A stretch of 64,000 bases of DNA from Spirochaetaceae bacterium (GTDB lineage Bacteria > Spirochaetota > Spirochaetia > DSM-2461): contig JAOPTT010000003.1 in assembly GCA_051531975.1 (NCBI GenBank), positions 96,001-160,000 of the forward strand, read 5' to 3'. A model generated the notes under the pieces. It had not been told where the DNA came from. It saw only the letters and a program-made list of their open reading frames with translations, and made no database searches. A program made the position numbers and the translations under genes. How positions within the stretch are numbered: position 1 is the stretch's first letter; each line of letters opens with the position of its first letter. Below are positions 10,807-19,834 of this stretch, in pieces.

Positions 10807-11285
10807 TTAATGTTCATAATTATAAGGGTTAATGGGGTCTAAGTTCCTGTCATCGTATGGTATATTATTTGAAATATTTTCTATTTTAGGTGCACCATCT
10901 TGAAGTGGATCAGAAGGATCAAAAACCGTTAGATCACATATGCATTAGAAAGATATAGGGGGGCACGTTATCTTCCATTGCAGTTGCAATATCATCATCA
11001 GAAAGATACTCTCCATTTCCTAATTTTCCATCAGAATGAAAATGTACCAATCCAACTACAGTTTCATTCTGATGGATTAATACTAGTTCTTGATCCAATA
11101 TTTGGAATCGTATAGGTAACTTTTCCTTCTTTTTAACCTTCTATTTTATATATACTAGAACTTAACTCACGATTTTTTCTTATTGAGTCATCTCCATAAG
11201 TTTTCACCAAATGTTTAGAGGAACTTTCAATATCATAAAAATCCAAGAAAGGAGTATTTATTTATTTTATTAGAATTATTGGATA
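10807..11285 (-). pseudogene. Decayed Rhs-type toxin C-terminal domain, DUF4329 / JAB-like
   Basis: Across stops and frameshifts: YGDDSIRKNRELSSSIY, TYTIP, VGLVHFHSDG, YLSDDD, PLYLSNAY, DLTVFDP, NIPYD, giving the E...HxH...SxxD JAB pattern. Confidence 0.65.
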
Positions 11286-11334
11286 TCATTTTAAGAGTTT
11301 ACTTCTAGTATGGTCTATTATCAAATTGATTTAA

Positions 11335-11366
11335 AATACTAAAGCCCTAAAAAGGGCCTTAGTATT
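11335..11366 (-). terminator. Intrinsic terminator
   Basis: AATACTAAAGCCCT / AGGGCCTTAGTATT 14-bp stem; the one mismatch is a G-U pair on the minus strand, followed by Ts. Confidence 0.75.
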
Positions 11367-11445
11367 CCAAGAAAAGTATTTTCTCATAAGTCGAAGGTTC
11401 TCTGACCTACAGAGTAGGTACTGTCCGCCGTTATCTTATGGGGCT
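11367..11445 (-). ncRNA. Candidate structured small RNA (possibly skipping-rope / DUF3800-associated class)
   Basis: GC-rich patch with closing stem CCCATAAG...CTTATGAG and inner hairpin ACCTAC-TCT-GTAGGT, followed at once by a terminator. The family match is from memory only. Confidence 0.4.
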
Positions 11446-11465
11446 TTAATCATTAATATAGATAA

Positions 11466-11855
11466 TTATATAAAATATTTCTTTCTTCTTAAGCTGTTTA
11501 AAAACAGTAATATAATAAAAACAATTAAATACTGAATATAGTTAAAAATATGAACTAGACCTAACTCTTGCATTTTAAATTGAATAATTAGCCTTGGGAT
11601 CAATGCTAATAAAAGGTAGACAATGATTGCAAGAATACTGAATAGCTTCTTTTTAGAAACAGCAATTGCAGATATAGGCAATAAAATAACTAAACTAATT
11701 GATCTTACTTTAAAGAATAATGGCAATGATTCAAAATAATTTGGAGCTGGTAAAATTTCTAAATAAGATATAATAATCGTTATTAACAGACCAACAATAT
11801 TAATCGAACTCATTATAAATAATAACACTATTGCAAAGCCTGCTTTATTTTTCAT
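11466..11855 (-). CDS. Hypothetical membrane protein (4 TM), putative orphan immunity protein
   Basis: AGGAG SD, hydrophobic helices, located in the toxin-relic cluster. Confidence 0.6.
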   Translation of the reverse strand: MKNKAGFAIVLLFIMSSINIVGLLITIIISYLEILPAPNYFESLPLFFKVRSISLVILLPISAIAVSKKKLFSILAIIVYLLLALIPRLIIQFKMQELGLVHIFNYIQYLIVFIILLFLNSLRRKKYFI

Positions 11856-11966
11856 ATTTTTTCTCCTATAATACTATGTAAATAGTATAAATGAATCGCT
11901 CATTAAATAAATATCAATATTAAGTCGACTGAGTGATAATGATTGGAAGCTATTCTACATATACAC

Positions 11967-12281
11967 TTATTCAAATTGCTTCCGGTTTTTAATTCGATAT
12001 AAGGTTAATGAGATCCAAAAGATAAAAATAAAAAAAACTCCAATAACTAAAGTTATACAACACACCCATGTTAAGGTATTTTGGTTTATATATTCTTTAT
12101 TCGTAATATATACTTCTTTACCATTTATATCTGTAAAAAAATAATATGAGTCATACTTTTCAGCAAATAAATAAATTCCACCTACAGAGTCACTATTTTT
12201 TTTAGCTAATGAACCAGTGATACTTCCTATAATTAATAATGTAATACCTAATAATAATTTATAGTACTTTAATGTTTTCAT
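11967..12281 (-). CDS. Hypothetical membrane protein (2 TM), putative orphan immunity protein
   Basis: AAGGA SD, N- and C-terminal hydrophobic segments. Confidence 0.55.
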   Translation of the reverse strand: MKTLKYYKLLLGITLLIIGSITGSLAKKNSDSVGGIYLFAEKYDSYYFFTDINGKEVYITNKEYINQNTLTWVCCITLVIGVFFIFIFWISLTLYRIKNRKQFE

Positions 12282-12316
12282 ACATCATCCTTTATGTTTT
12301 AAATCTCATTTTTATA

Positions 12317-12610
12317 TTAAATAAACTCTTTTGATATTGTCATAATTCCATTAAACCATAATGTTAAGACCCAAGAACCTAAAAAAATAGAAAAAGGAAA
12401 ACTTAAATAAAATATTTTACGAGTTTTTATAATTGTAAAAACATAATATATCAAAATAAACATAACAAGAATGTTATAGATAATCAAAGAAATTGATTCC
12501 CCAAAATCACTGGTAATATTAATGATTGTAATCATAAACTTAACCAATTTTAGAAAGCCTAACAAACATAATTCAGATAATAAAAAAGTTGCATATATTC
12601 TTTTTCCCAT
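12317..12610 (-). CDS. Hypothetical membrane protein (3 TM), putative orphan immunity protein
   Basis: GAGG SD, hydrophobic, co-oriented with the cluster. Confidence 0.55.
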   Translation of the reverse strand: MGKRIYATFLLSELCLLGFLKLVKFMITIINITSDFGESISLIIYNILVMFILIYYVFTIIKTRKIFYLSFPFSIFLGSWVLTLWFNGIMTISKEFI

Positions 12611-12746
12611 AATAAAAACTCCTATTCTGCTGGTGTTATAGATCTTCCTTATTTTAGTTTTGTTAAATATAAATCCAGAAAAGTTTAAGTCTTCTAGATT
12701 CTTATTATAAATTTGTAGATTCTGTTAAGAAATTTAATTTGTGGGT

Positions 12747-13115
12747 TTATTTAGTATGAATATATCCAATTATTCGACCATCCTTTTTTGATATTTTTAT
12801 ATATGGGATACCTCCAGTGGAATACATAGCTTCAGTCCTATGAAAAGTACCTGTTATTAACCAAACAGTACCATCTTCAACTAATTCTGCTTTAAAAGGT
12901 TTCTTGTCATTTACTTCTTCTCCATAATTTGAAACCAATAGCACTTCAGCAATTTTTATTGCAACAGATGCATCTCTAACAAATCCATCACTACGCTCTA
13001 TTACTATAATTGAACCTATATCCTTGTCTTTGTGTTCACTTCTTGTATATTCAACTGAAAATATTGGAGGTGAGACGAGTAGTAGTAATAAAATCTTTAT
13101 AAAATTATTTTTCAT
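12747..13115 (-). CDS. NTF2-fold immunity protein (Imm-NTF2-2 / YbbC-YhhH type) with signal peptide
   Basis: AIKIAEVLLVSNYG...KPFKAEL...WLITG...GGIPYIKISKKDGRIIGYIHTK; AGGAG SD. Confidence 0.8.
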   Translation of the reverse strand: MKNNFIKILLLLLVSPPIFSVEYTRSEHKDKDIGSIIVIERSDGFVRDASVAIKIAEVLLVSNYGEEVNDKKPFKAELVEDGTVWLITGTFHRTEAMYSTGGIPYIKISKKDGRIIGYIHTK

Positions 13116-13153
13116 AATTTATTCTCCTATTATTTAACTACAATTAGACTGTG

Positions 13154-13240
13154 TTATGATGTAGCTAACTTCGTTGGATCAATAATGTTAATCAGATTGT
13201 TTCCTATATACTTATCGAAGGTCCAACCATATTTAGTCAT
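13154..13240 (-). pseudogene. Remnant of the Rhs core C-terminal motif
   Basis: MTKYGWTFDKYIGNNLINIIDPTKLATS* resembles the YxYxxNNPxxxxDPxG Rhs core end. Confidence 0.5.
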
Positions 13241-13654
13241 TTAATATCTTAACCTTTAATTATTATCTGAGCCACTTAATTAAATTTTGAAAAACTTAAA
13301 TGCCGATATCAGTCGACAGAATGATAATTATCAGAAGCAATGTGTTAAGTTGCTAAATACGAAGATTATATATAAATTTATTACTACTCCACTTTGTTTG
13401 GAAATTGATAATGGATTCTTCTTAGTGAATTTAGTTATATTCAGAAGGTGTATTTCAAACTCTTGGTACCAAAGACACGAAACCAAACTACAGTTTAACC
13501 TTGACTCAATAAACCAAGACTCTTTTCATTTGGCAATGTATAATCTTTTATTGTTACTGTAGAATGCATTATGACCTATTTTGCTAATTCCAACTTTTTA
13601 TCATGGATAAAAATAATCATCGAATATTATATAAGTGCTAATTTGTATTATTCT

Positions 13655-14095
13655 TTACTTCTTCCTTATCTCTAATAACTCTTTTTCTGTAGCTGTATAA
13701 CTATTAATACTTAAGATCATATTATCAATATTACTTAATATCTCTACTTTATAATCATCATTGTTGTTATTATTAGTAATACTCGTAACTAATAAAATTT
13801 TATATGCTTCTATTAATTTATTTTGCTGTGAAGGATTATCAGACACAAGCTTTATTGTGTAGTCTAATATAAATACAAGCTCTTTTCTATTAATGTTAAA
13901 CTGCTCAACTATTACATCATGTTCTTTAGAGTCTTCTAGCATAATCTGCTTAAGTGCATTTAAATGTATAAGTGCCTTCTCTCCATAATCAATTGTATTT
14001 AAAGTATGTTCTATCCATCCTTCTTTTTCCTTGTTGCTACAGGTCATTAGAACTAATAGTGTAAGTAGAAAAATTATATTTTTTAGTTTAATCAT
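13655..14095 (-). CDS. Hypothetical lipoprotein
   Basis: From ATG 14095: MIKLKNIIFLLTLLVLMTC, a lipobox-like signal; AAGGA SD. Confidence 0.55.
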   Translation of the reverse strand: MIKLKNIIFLLTLLVLMTCSNKEKEGWIEHTLNTIDYGEKALIHLNALKQIMLEDSKEHDVIVEQFNINRKELVFILDYTIKLVSDNPSQQNKLIEAYKILLVTSITNNNNNDDYKVEILSNIDNMILSINSYTATEKELLEIRKK

Positions 14096-14117
14096 ATACT
14101 TGTCCTTTTTATACTTT

Positions 14118-14330
14118 TTAATAAAATAAACCATCCCAATTCATGTTGCAATAAATCGCAACAATTAAATAAGTAGATGAGAATATAATAATCAAAGATC
14201 TAAACCTCTTTTTATCTAATTGTTTAGTAATATAATATCCAATACATCTTCCAGTAAAAGTTATAAATAAAAGTGAAAACAAGAGAATATTAAATATAAT
14301 TCTATTTTGAAGTAATTCTTTAGTCATCAA
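14118..14330 (-). CDS. Small hypothetical membrane protein (2 TM)
   Basis: Two hydrophobic helices; start overlaps the stop of the upstream small ORF. Confidence 0.4.
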   Translation of the reverse strand: MMTKELLQNRIIFNILLFSLLFITFTGRCIGYYITKQLDKKRFRSLIIIFSSTYLIVAIYCNMNWDGLFY

Positions 14331-14463
14331 TTTTTGTAAAACTAGCTTTTAATTCATCTAATCCCTCAGTATAAGTTACATACGATTCTTCATTATTTAC
14401 TTTTAATAAACAATATTCATCTCCTGCAGGATGATTCTTCCACACGACATTACCCTCTTTCAT
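14320..14463 (-). CDS. 47-aa small ORF not in the track (possibly a truncated cassette gene)
   Basis: AGAGGT SD, then MKEGNVVWKNHPAGDEYCLLKVNNEESYVTYTEGLDELKASFTKIDD*. Confidence 0.35.
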   Translation of the reverse strand: MKEGNVVWKNHPAGDEYCLLKVNNEESYVTYTEGLDELKASFTKIDD

Positions 14464-14498
14464 TAATACCTCTATTAAATCTTATTTATGTTTTTTAA

Positions 14499-15191
14499 TT
14501 ATATTGGATATAATCCCCAATATACTTGTGTATTGGAACTACAATAAAATCCCTCATAGTTGTTCTCTTCAATAATTTTTTCAATAATATCCTTAGAAGA
14601 ACATAGAAAAGAACAATGACTATCCCAGTGTGTTGAAACTAGTAACTTTTCATCATTAGTAAAAATATTACCATGCCCAGGTATTAAGTCATTCAGTTTT
14701 AGTTTATCAATTGAATATAATGTTCTTTCTGTTGAAAATTCATCTCCAATCCATAAGTGGGTATACCCTAGTTTTTCTATAGAGTTGTATAATCGGTTTT
14801 CTAATAGTGGAGGAATATCTCCTTCAGGAGGTTGAATTAAATCATATTCTTCTAATAGGTTATCTAATTTATTTTCTAATATGTCTGATCTAAACTTCTT
14901 TTTTATTCCATGTATACTAGTTCGTAAAGCTATGTCTATTTCTGATATATTGTTGAAATTACCTAAGTGTAAAATTTTACTCCAAGGTATTGGTTCACAA
15001 TTTTTGATTATTTCGAATTTATCAGGCCATGTTTCTGGATAAAAACAGTCGCTATTAATTTTTACTGGTTTCACAAAAGGATGCAGTAAAACATAAACAG
15101 ATTCAAAATTACTGGAATAGTAATCAACTATTTTGCCATCAATAGGGCAAGATGCATAAATATGTGGTTTAGGAATAATATTTTTTTTCAT
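14499..15191 (-). CDS. DUF2711-family protein
   Basis: FESVYVLLHPF, P-EG-IPP, THWDSH, EGFYCSSNTQVYW motifs. Confidence 0.7.
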   Translation of the reverse strand: MKKNIIPKPHIYASCPIDGKIVDYYSSNFESVYVLLHPFVKPVKINSDCFYPETWPDKFEIIKNCEPIPWSKILHLGNFNNISEIDIALRTSIHGIKKKFRSDILENKLDNLLEEYDLIQPPEGDIPPLLENRLYNSIEKLGYTHLWIGDEFSTERTLYSIDKLKLNDLIPGHGNIFTNDEKLLVSTHWDSHCSFLCSSKDIIEKIIEENNYEGFYCSSNTQVYWGLYPI

Positions 15192-15474
15192 AATAACTCA
15201 CTTGTTAAAATATACAATAAGATTTTTACTTAAACAATATTCTATTAGGTATTTTTTTATTGAATAGAACATATTATATCACTTGTTTTATCCTGATTTA
15301 GCAGAATAAAGTACTTTTAATATATCCATTGCCGTATAACCTTGTGTTTATGAGTTTTCAGTTTACATATGTCTGTATAACTGAATGTATGATTATTTAA
15401 TATTGCCCCTGTAAATTATATTTATCAAGGTAGAAACTTTTTATATTTATATGAATTTAAAGTTAGTAATATTA

Positions 15475-15504
15475 TGTACAAATAATCGTTCGTTTTTCTG
15501 AACA
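15475..15504 (-). repeat. Right 30-bp inverted repeat, serine-recombinase-like site
   Basis: TGTACAAATAATCG-TT-CGTTTTTCTGAACA, an inverted copy of 10671-10700. Confidence 0.75.
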
Positions 15505-15592
15505 CACAGCTAGCAGCAAATTTTAAGTCAATTATGATATAAAACTAATGTAAAATTATAATATTTTTGTATGGTTAGTATAAAAAAATATT

Positions 15593-15874
15593 CTACACTA
15601 ACCTAAGCTCAACTCTTTTACCAAGTATTTCAGCTGCTTTTTCAATTGTTGTTAAATTTATGGAGGTTTCTTCTGGATCTAATAAACGATCCAATGTAGA
15701 TCTTGAAGTTTTCATTAGTTCAGCCATTTTAATTTTTTTGATATTCTTTAGCTTCATTTCTTCAAGAAGTTGTTCTGCAATAACTTTTTTTATTGCCCTA
15801 GAATTAACTTCTTCAAGTAATCCACGATCCTTTAGATAATCATCAACATTACTTCCTATCTTCGATTTCTTCAT
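15593..15874 (-). CDS. XRE/HTH antitoxin (HigA-like)
   Basis: IGSNVDDYL N-terminus and MAELMKTSRSTLDRLLDP HTH; lies downstream of the toxin gene. Confidence 0.85.
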   Translation of the reverse strand: MKKSKIGSNVDDYLKDRGLLEEVNSRAIKKVIAEQLLEEMKLKNIKKIKMAELMKTSRSTLDRLLDPEETSINLTTIEKAAEILGKRVELRLV

Positions 15875-15898
15875 ACTTACCCCCTTACATATAAAGTG

Positions 15899-16240
15899 TT
15901 ATGTTTTGATTCTTTTCTCAGCAAGCCTTATATCTTTTAGTGGAGTCTGTTGTGTTTTTTTAATAAAGCCATGAACAAGAATCATTTTATCTCCTTTGAT
16001 GGTAAAAAGCACTCTTGAAATCCTACGACTACTAATCTTCGATCTTACTTCCCAAATCTTTGGATTAGTCTTTATTTTCTTAGTCAAAGGCATTCCAATT
16101 GGCCAACCAAAAATTACTTTTTTTACATCAGACATGATTATATTAACATCATCATCTGATAAATTATCTAACCATTTCTTGACTGGTTCTGAACCTGTTC
16201 TAGTTTTAAAAAAAACTAGTATAAGAATTCTTTTTCTCAA
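15899..16240 (-). CDS. RelE/ParE-superfamily toxin (Gp49/DUF891, HigB-like)
   Basis: FFKTRTGSEPVKKWL, GWPIGMP, IWEVRS, LVHGFIKKTQQTP. Confidence 0.88.
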   Translation of the reverse strand: MRKRILILVFFKTRTGSEPVKKWLDNLSDDDVNIIMSDVKKVIFGWPIGMPLTKKIKTNPKIWEVRSKISSRRISRVLFTIKGDKMILVHGFIKKTQQTPLKDIRLAEKRIKT

Positions 16241-16310
16241 TTGTAATAGACCTGCCCTATATACTATGCATTTAGAAACCTGACAATCATTACAATCAAA
16301 ACCTTATACT

Positions 16311-16339
16311 TTACTGTATGTTTAAACATACAATATGTC
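16311..16339 (-). promoter_or_regulatory. TA operon promoter with an overlapping palindromic operator
   Basis: TTGACA-N17-TACAGT on the minus strand; perfect 18-bp palindrome TGTATGTTTAAACATACA at 16315-16332. Confidence 0.7.
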
Positions 16340-16520
16340 AATAATGATTTAGTGTTGGTGTTCTAAGTATATAAATTACTTTATAAGAGATTTATATTTT
16401 GATTCAAAATATTTCATAATAAGCATCGTATTAAATAATATTTCATGAGATTTAACTGACTATACAATTTTTGTAATAAAACGATATAATCTATAGTCAT
16501 AGAAGTATTGAGGTGGAGTT

Positions 16521-17396
16521 ATGTTAGTTGAGTTGAAAAATGACTGTTTAAAAGTTGGAATATCCCCTAAAGGTGCAGAAATACATTCTGTTAAGACCTT
16601 ATCTGATAATCATGAATATATGTGGCAGGGAGATGCAAAATCTTGGAATAGACATGCACCTATCCTGTTTCCACAAGTTAGTGCAACTAACAATAATAAG
16701 TATACTTATAAAGAAGATGAATATACTCTAAGTTCCCATGGATTTGCCAGGGATATGGTATTTGAAATAATTGAACACACAGAAACTAAAGCAGTATTTT
16801 CTATAAGTGAAACTAAGGATACATTAAAAGTATTCCCTTTCTGTTTTCAGCTAATGTTAGGTTATGAATTAGAGGGTGATATTTTAAAAGTTACATATAA
16901 AGTAATAAACAAAGATAGTGACAATCTTCTATTTTCTATAGGCGCACATCCTGGATTCATCTGCCCTATTGAAGATAACTTAAAGTTTAATGATTACAAA
17001 ATAACACTGAATAAAAAAGAGACATCACAAAGGCGTATGAAAGGTGATGCTGTATTAACCGGTGAGAGATTGGACTACTTTGATAATGACAATATAATAA
17101 ATTTAGAGCATCCACTATTTGATGATGGTGCACTGATATTTGATGATTTAAAGTCAGATAAAATGACATTAGAAAGTGATAAAGGTACTAAGAAAATAGT
17201 TATGAACTTTAAAGGATATCCATATATGGGTATCTGGACTAAACCTAAAACAAACGCTAACTACATATGCCTAGAACCTTGGTTTGGAATCGACTCTACA
17301 GTAGGAGATTCTCCTGAATGGGCAAAAAAAGAGGGGCTAATTAATCTAGATGAAGGTGAAGAGTTTAATAGTTTTTATACTATGAGATATCTATAA
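16521..17396 (+). CDS. Aldose 1-epimerase family protein (LacX-like)
   Basis: EYMWQGD...WNRHAPILFP, HGFARD, FSIGAHPGF, YICLEPWFG. Confidence 0.9.
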   Translation: MLVELKNDCLKVGISPKGAEIHSVKTLSDNHEYMWQGDAKSWNRHAPILFPQVSATNNNKYTYKEDEYTLSSHGFARDMVFEIIEHTETKAVFSISETKDTLKVFPFCFQLMLGYELEGDILKVTYKVINKDSDNLLFSIGAHPGFICPIEDNLKFNDYKITLNKKETSQRRMKGDAVLTGERLDYFDNDNIINLEHPLFDDGALIFDDLKSDKMTLESDKGTKKIVMNFKGYPYMGIWTKPKTNANYICLEPWFGIDSTVGDSPEWAKKEGLINLDEGEEFNSFYTMRYL

Positions 17397-18086
17397 AACA
17401 AATTTATATCCACGGCCTCTAACAGTCAAAATATGCCGTGGAATATCAGATTCATCAAGTTTATGCCTAAGTTTAGCAATGTGAACATCTACAGTTCTTG
17501 ATGTTGTCTCATTTTCATATCCCCAAACATCATCTAATAGTACATCCCTAGAAATTATCTTATTGGAGTTCTCTATTAGATATTCTAAGACCCTAAACTC
17601 CTGGGCATTAAGAGGTATAGGAGTTTCATTTTTACTAAGTTCCCCACTCTCTTTATTAAGGGTGAATTCGCCAAATGTTGTTTGTCCTCTACTGTTACTG
17701 TTTGAACTAACCCTACTACACCGACGTATTATAGCCTCTATTCGTGCTAATAAAACCGACATCTCAAATGGTTTTGCAATATAGTCATCCGCACCTTGTC
17801 TTAAACCTATAACAGTATCTAAATCTGTATTTCTAGCTGTTAACATTATTATTGGAGTATTTATATCTGCTGCTCTTACATTTTCACAGACCTTATAACC
17901 ATCCCGACCTGGTAACATAATATCTAATAAAATAATATCATAATTTCCTGTCTTAGCTTCCTCTTCACCACTTGGGCCATCGCCGCGAATAGTAACTTTA
18001 TACCCCTCAGAAACTAGTCTATCTTCTAAAGTAATCTGGATACCTATTTCATCTTCTATTATTAAAACGCTATACACTTTTTTCAT
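17391..18086 (-). CDS. OmpR-family response regulator
   Basis: LIIEDE, LLDIMLPG, GADDYIAKPF, SRTVDVHIAKLRHKL, TVRGRGY. Start set at ATG 18086. Confidence 0.93.
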   Translation of the reverse strand: MKKVYSVLIIEDEIGIQITLEDRLVSEGYKVTIRGDGPSGEEEAKTGNYDIILLDIMLPGRDGYKVCENVRAADINTPIIMLTARNTDLDTVIGLRQGADDYIAKPFEMSVLLARIEAIIRRCSRVSSNSNSRGQTTFGEFTLNKESGELSKNETPIPLNAQEFRVLEYLIENSNKIISRDVLLDDVWGYENETTSRTVDVHIAKLRHKLDESDIPRHILTVRGRGYKFVL

Positions 18087-19701
18087 CCTTATCGACCTGA
18101 CTAAATGGAATTGTAACTGTAAACTTACAACCACTTCTACTTTTTGCATCTGCCCTATTATATGGAGATTCTAAAGAGATCTTTCCACCTAATAATTTTA
18201 CTTTTTTGTAGGTTAAAAATAGTCCAAGACCGCTTCCATTAGTTTGATTTTCATGGCTTTTAACACCTCTAAAAAATGGTTCAAAAATATGTCTCTGCTC
18301 TTTTATATCAATACCGACGCCATCATCTTCAATAACAAATATAAGTTTATTAGGTAGCTTTAGATGTGCCTTTACTCTAATAACTCCCCCGTCGGAATAA
18401 CCGTGTTTAGCACTATTAATAATTAGGTTACTTAATATAAGTTCTACGGACTCTATATCTGTATAAAAGGTTTCTGGTAGACCAAAATCGAGTAGAACCT
18501 TTACACCATATTTATCTGCTATACTCTCATTTATTGTCTCTAACTCATCTTCTAAATCTGAGCATTTAACAGAAGTCAAATGTGGGGTTTGTATTGCCTT
18601 ACCCTCAAATCTTGAAAAAAGTAGTATTCCCTCTATCATCGAGGACAATCTTCTAGACTGGTCTGTTATTAATGTTCCATACTGCTCCATTCGTTTAGGG
18701 TCAATAATTCCACTTTTAATGTTATCGGCAGCAGAGTGTATAACAGCTAATGGAGTCCGTAATTCGTGGGTTACAGATGCAACAAATTCCTTCTCTCTAG
18801 CTCTAAGGATTTTTAACTTATTTATCTGGTTAAGTATTAAAATATAAGCGATACCTAAACCTATAAGAAGCAAAACTGTTAATAACCACTGTATTGTTAG
18901 TGCCTTCTCTTTTACATCAACTAAAGAGATGCCATTTTGCTGTACATCTAAATATAAAAAATCTCTTTCATTAGGACGGTTTGCTTCCATAGGTCCATTT
19001 CTAAACTTAATATCCTTTGAATCCTTTACTCGAACACCCATGGAAAAGTTAACACCCATTAACCACCCAATATCCTTAGAAAACAGACTATTTTTAATAT
19101 ACTTTATTGGAGAAAAATTATAGGTCTCTGCGTTAATAACCTGGGAATCCTCTGGTAAAGAGAAGTACCATATAAACTGATAATCTTGTAAAACAGAATC
19201 TAATCCATCCTCTATTTTATCTCTATAAAAACTTAAGAGATCAAAATATATAAATACATGAATAGGGGGTTCTTGTCCTTTTAATGGAAAGCTAAATTTA
19301 ACAATACCTGGGTTATATGGGTCTGGAGCAAAAACACCTAATTCCTCAGGTCTAATATTTCCAAAAAACTCTTTCTCCTGCCACTTTTTATCAGTATAAA
19401 TATAAAGAACATTAGTAGCTGAAATAAAACCAATATCAGATATATAACTATTATCAATGCCTTCTAAAGATTTTTTAAACTCGTCATCATCGTTATTATA
19501 GTTAAGTTCAAACAGCCCATTTGTGGAGAAAAGCTCATCCTTAAGTTCATAGGAGATAGATCTATATAGAGTAAAGTTAAGGTTTCTATAAAGTTCTGAG
19601 ATATCTTTTTCTGCAGATGACTTTAACCACTGGTACTGAATGATAGATATAAATAGAAGGGTTATAAGAACCACAGTTGTCGATATTATGTTTTTTACCA
19701 T
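18070..19701 (-). CDS. Sensor histidine kinase (HisKA + HATPase)
   Basis: Two TM helices, FVASVTHELRTPL H-box, EDDGVGI, GSGLGL. Confidence 0.92.
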   Translation of the reverse strand: MVKNIISTTVVLITLLFISIIQYQWLKSSAEKDISELYRNLNFTLYRSISYELKDELFSTNGLFELNYNNDDDEFKKSLEGIDNSYISDIGFISATNVLYIYTDKKWQEKEFFGNIRPEELGVFAPDPYNPGIVKFSFPLKGQEPPIHVFIYFDLLSFYRDKIEDGLDSVLQDYQFIWYFSLPEDSQVINAETYNFSPIKYIKNSLFSKDIGWLMGVNFSMGVRVKDSKDIKFRNGPMEANRPNERDFLYLDVQQNGISLVDVKEKALTIQWLLTVLLLIGLGIAYILILNQINKLKILRAREKEFVASVTHELRTPLAVIHSAADNIKSGIIDPKRMEQYGTLITDQSRRLSSMIEGILLFSRFEGKAIQTPHLTSVKCSDLEDELETINESIADKYGVKVLLDFGLPETFYTDIESVELILSNLIINSAKHGYSDGGVIRVKAHLKLPNKLIFVIEDDGVGIDIKEQRHIFEPFFRGVKSHENQTNGSGLGLFLTYKKVKLLGGKISLESPYNRADAKSRSGCKFTVTIPFSQVDKDEKSV

Positions 19702-19752
19702 GATCTAAATATATAATCCTTTATCTTTGTTTTCCATAATTTTAGGTATCAT

Positions 19753-19788
19753 TTTACATAGTTTACAATTCTTTTACACACTGTTAAC
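19753..19788 (+). promoter_or_regulatory. TTTACA direct repeats, probable OmpR-family binding site
   Basis: TTTACA at 19753, 19762 and 19773, between the divergent TCS and the exporter operon. Confidence 0.45.
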
Positions 19789-19834
19789 CATAGAGACTAA
19801 TAATAGAGCTATATTTAAGCTACGGAGGACTTAC

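Noticed and set aside
10706..11124. 14-bp direct repeat TATAGGTAACTTTT at 10706 and 11111
   Set aside because: Short and AT-rich with no flanking similarity; may be chance or toxin-fragment debris
11383..11400. CTCATAAGTCGAAGGT resembles a tRNA-Met anticodon/variable region
   Set aside because: No D-arm, T-arm or acceptor stem; better explained as one strand of the candidate RNA's closing stem
11410..11430. AGAGTAGG...CCGC resembles THF riboswitch ends
   Set aside because: Far too short, the internal conserved elements are missing, and no folate gene lies downstream
13287..13562. 91-aa plus-strand ORF in the island
   Set aside because: TTG start without SD, opposite to the cluster orientation, no motif
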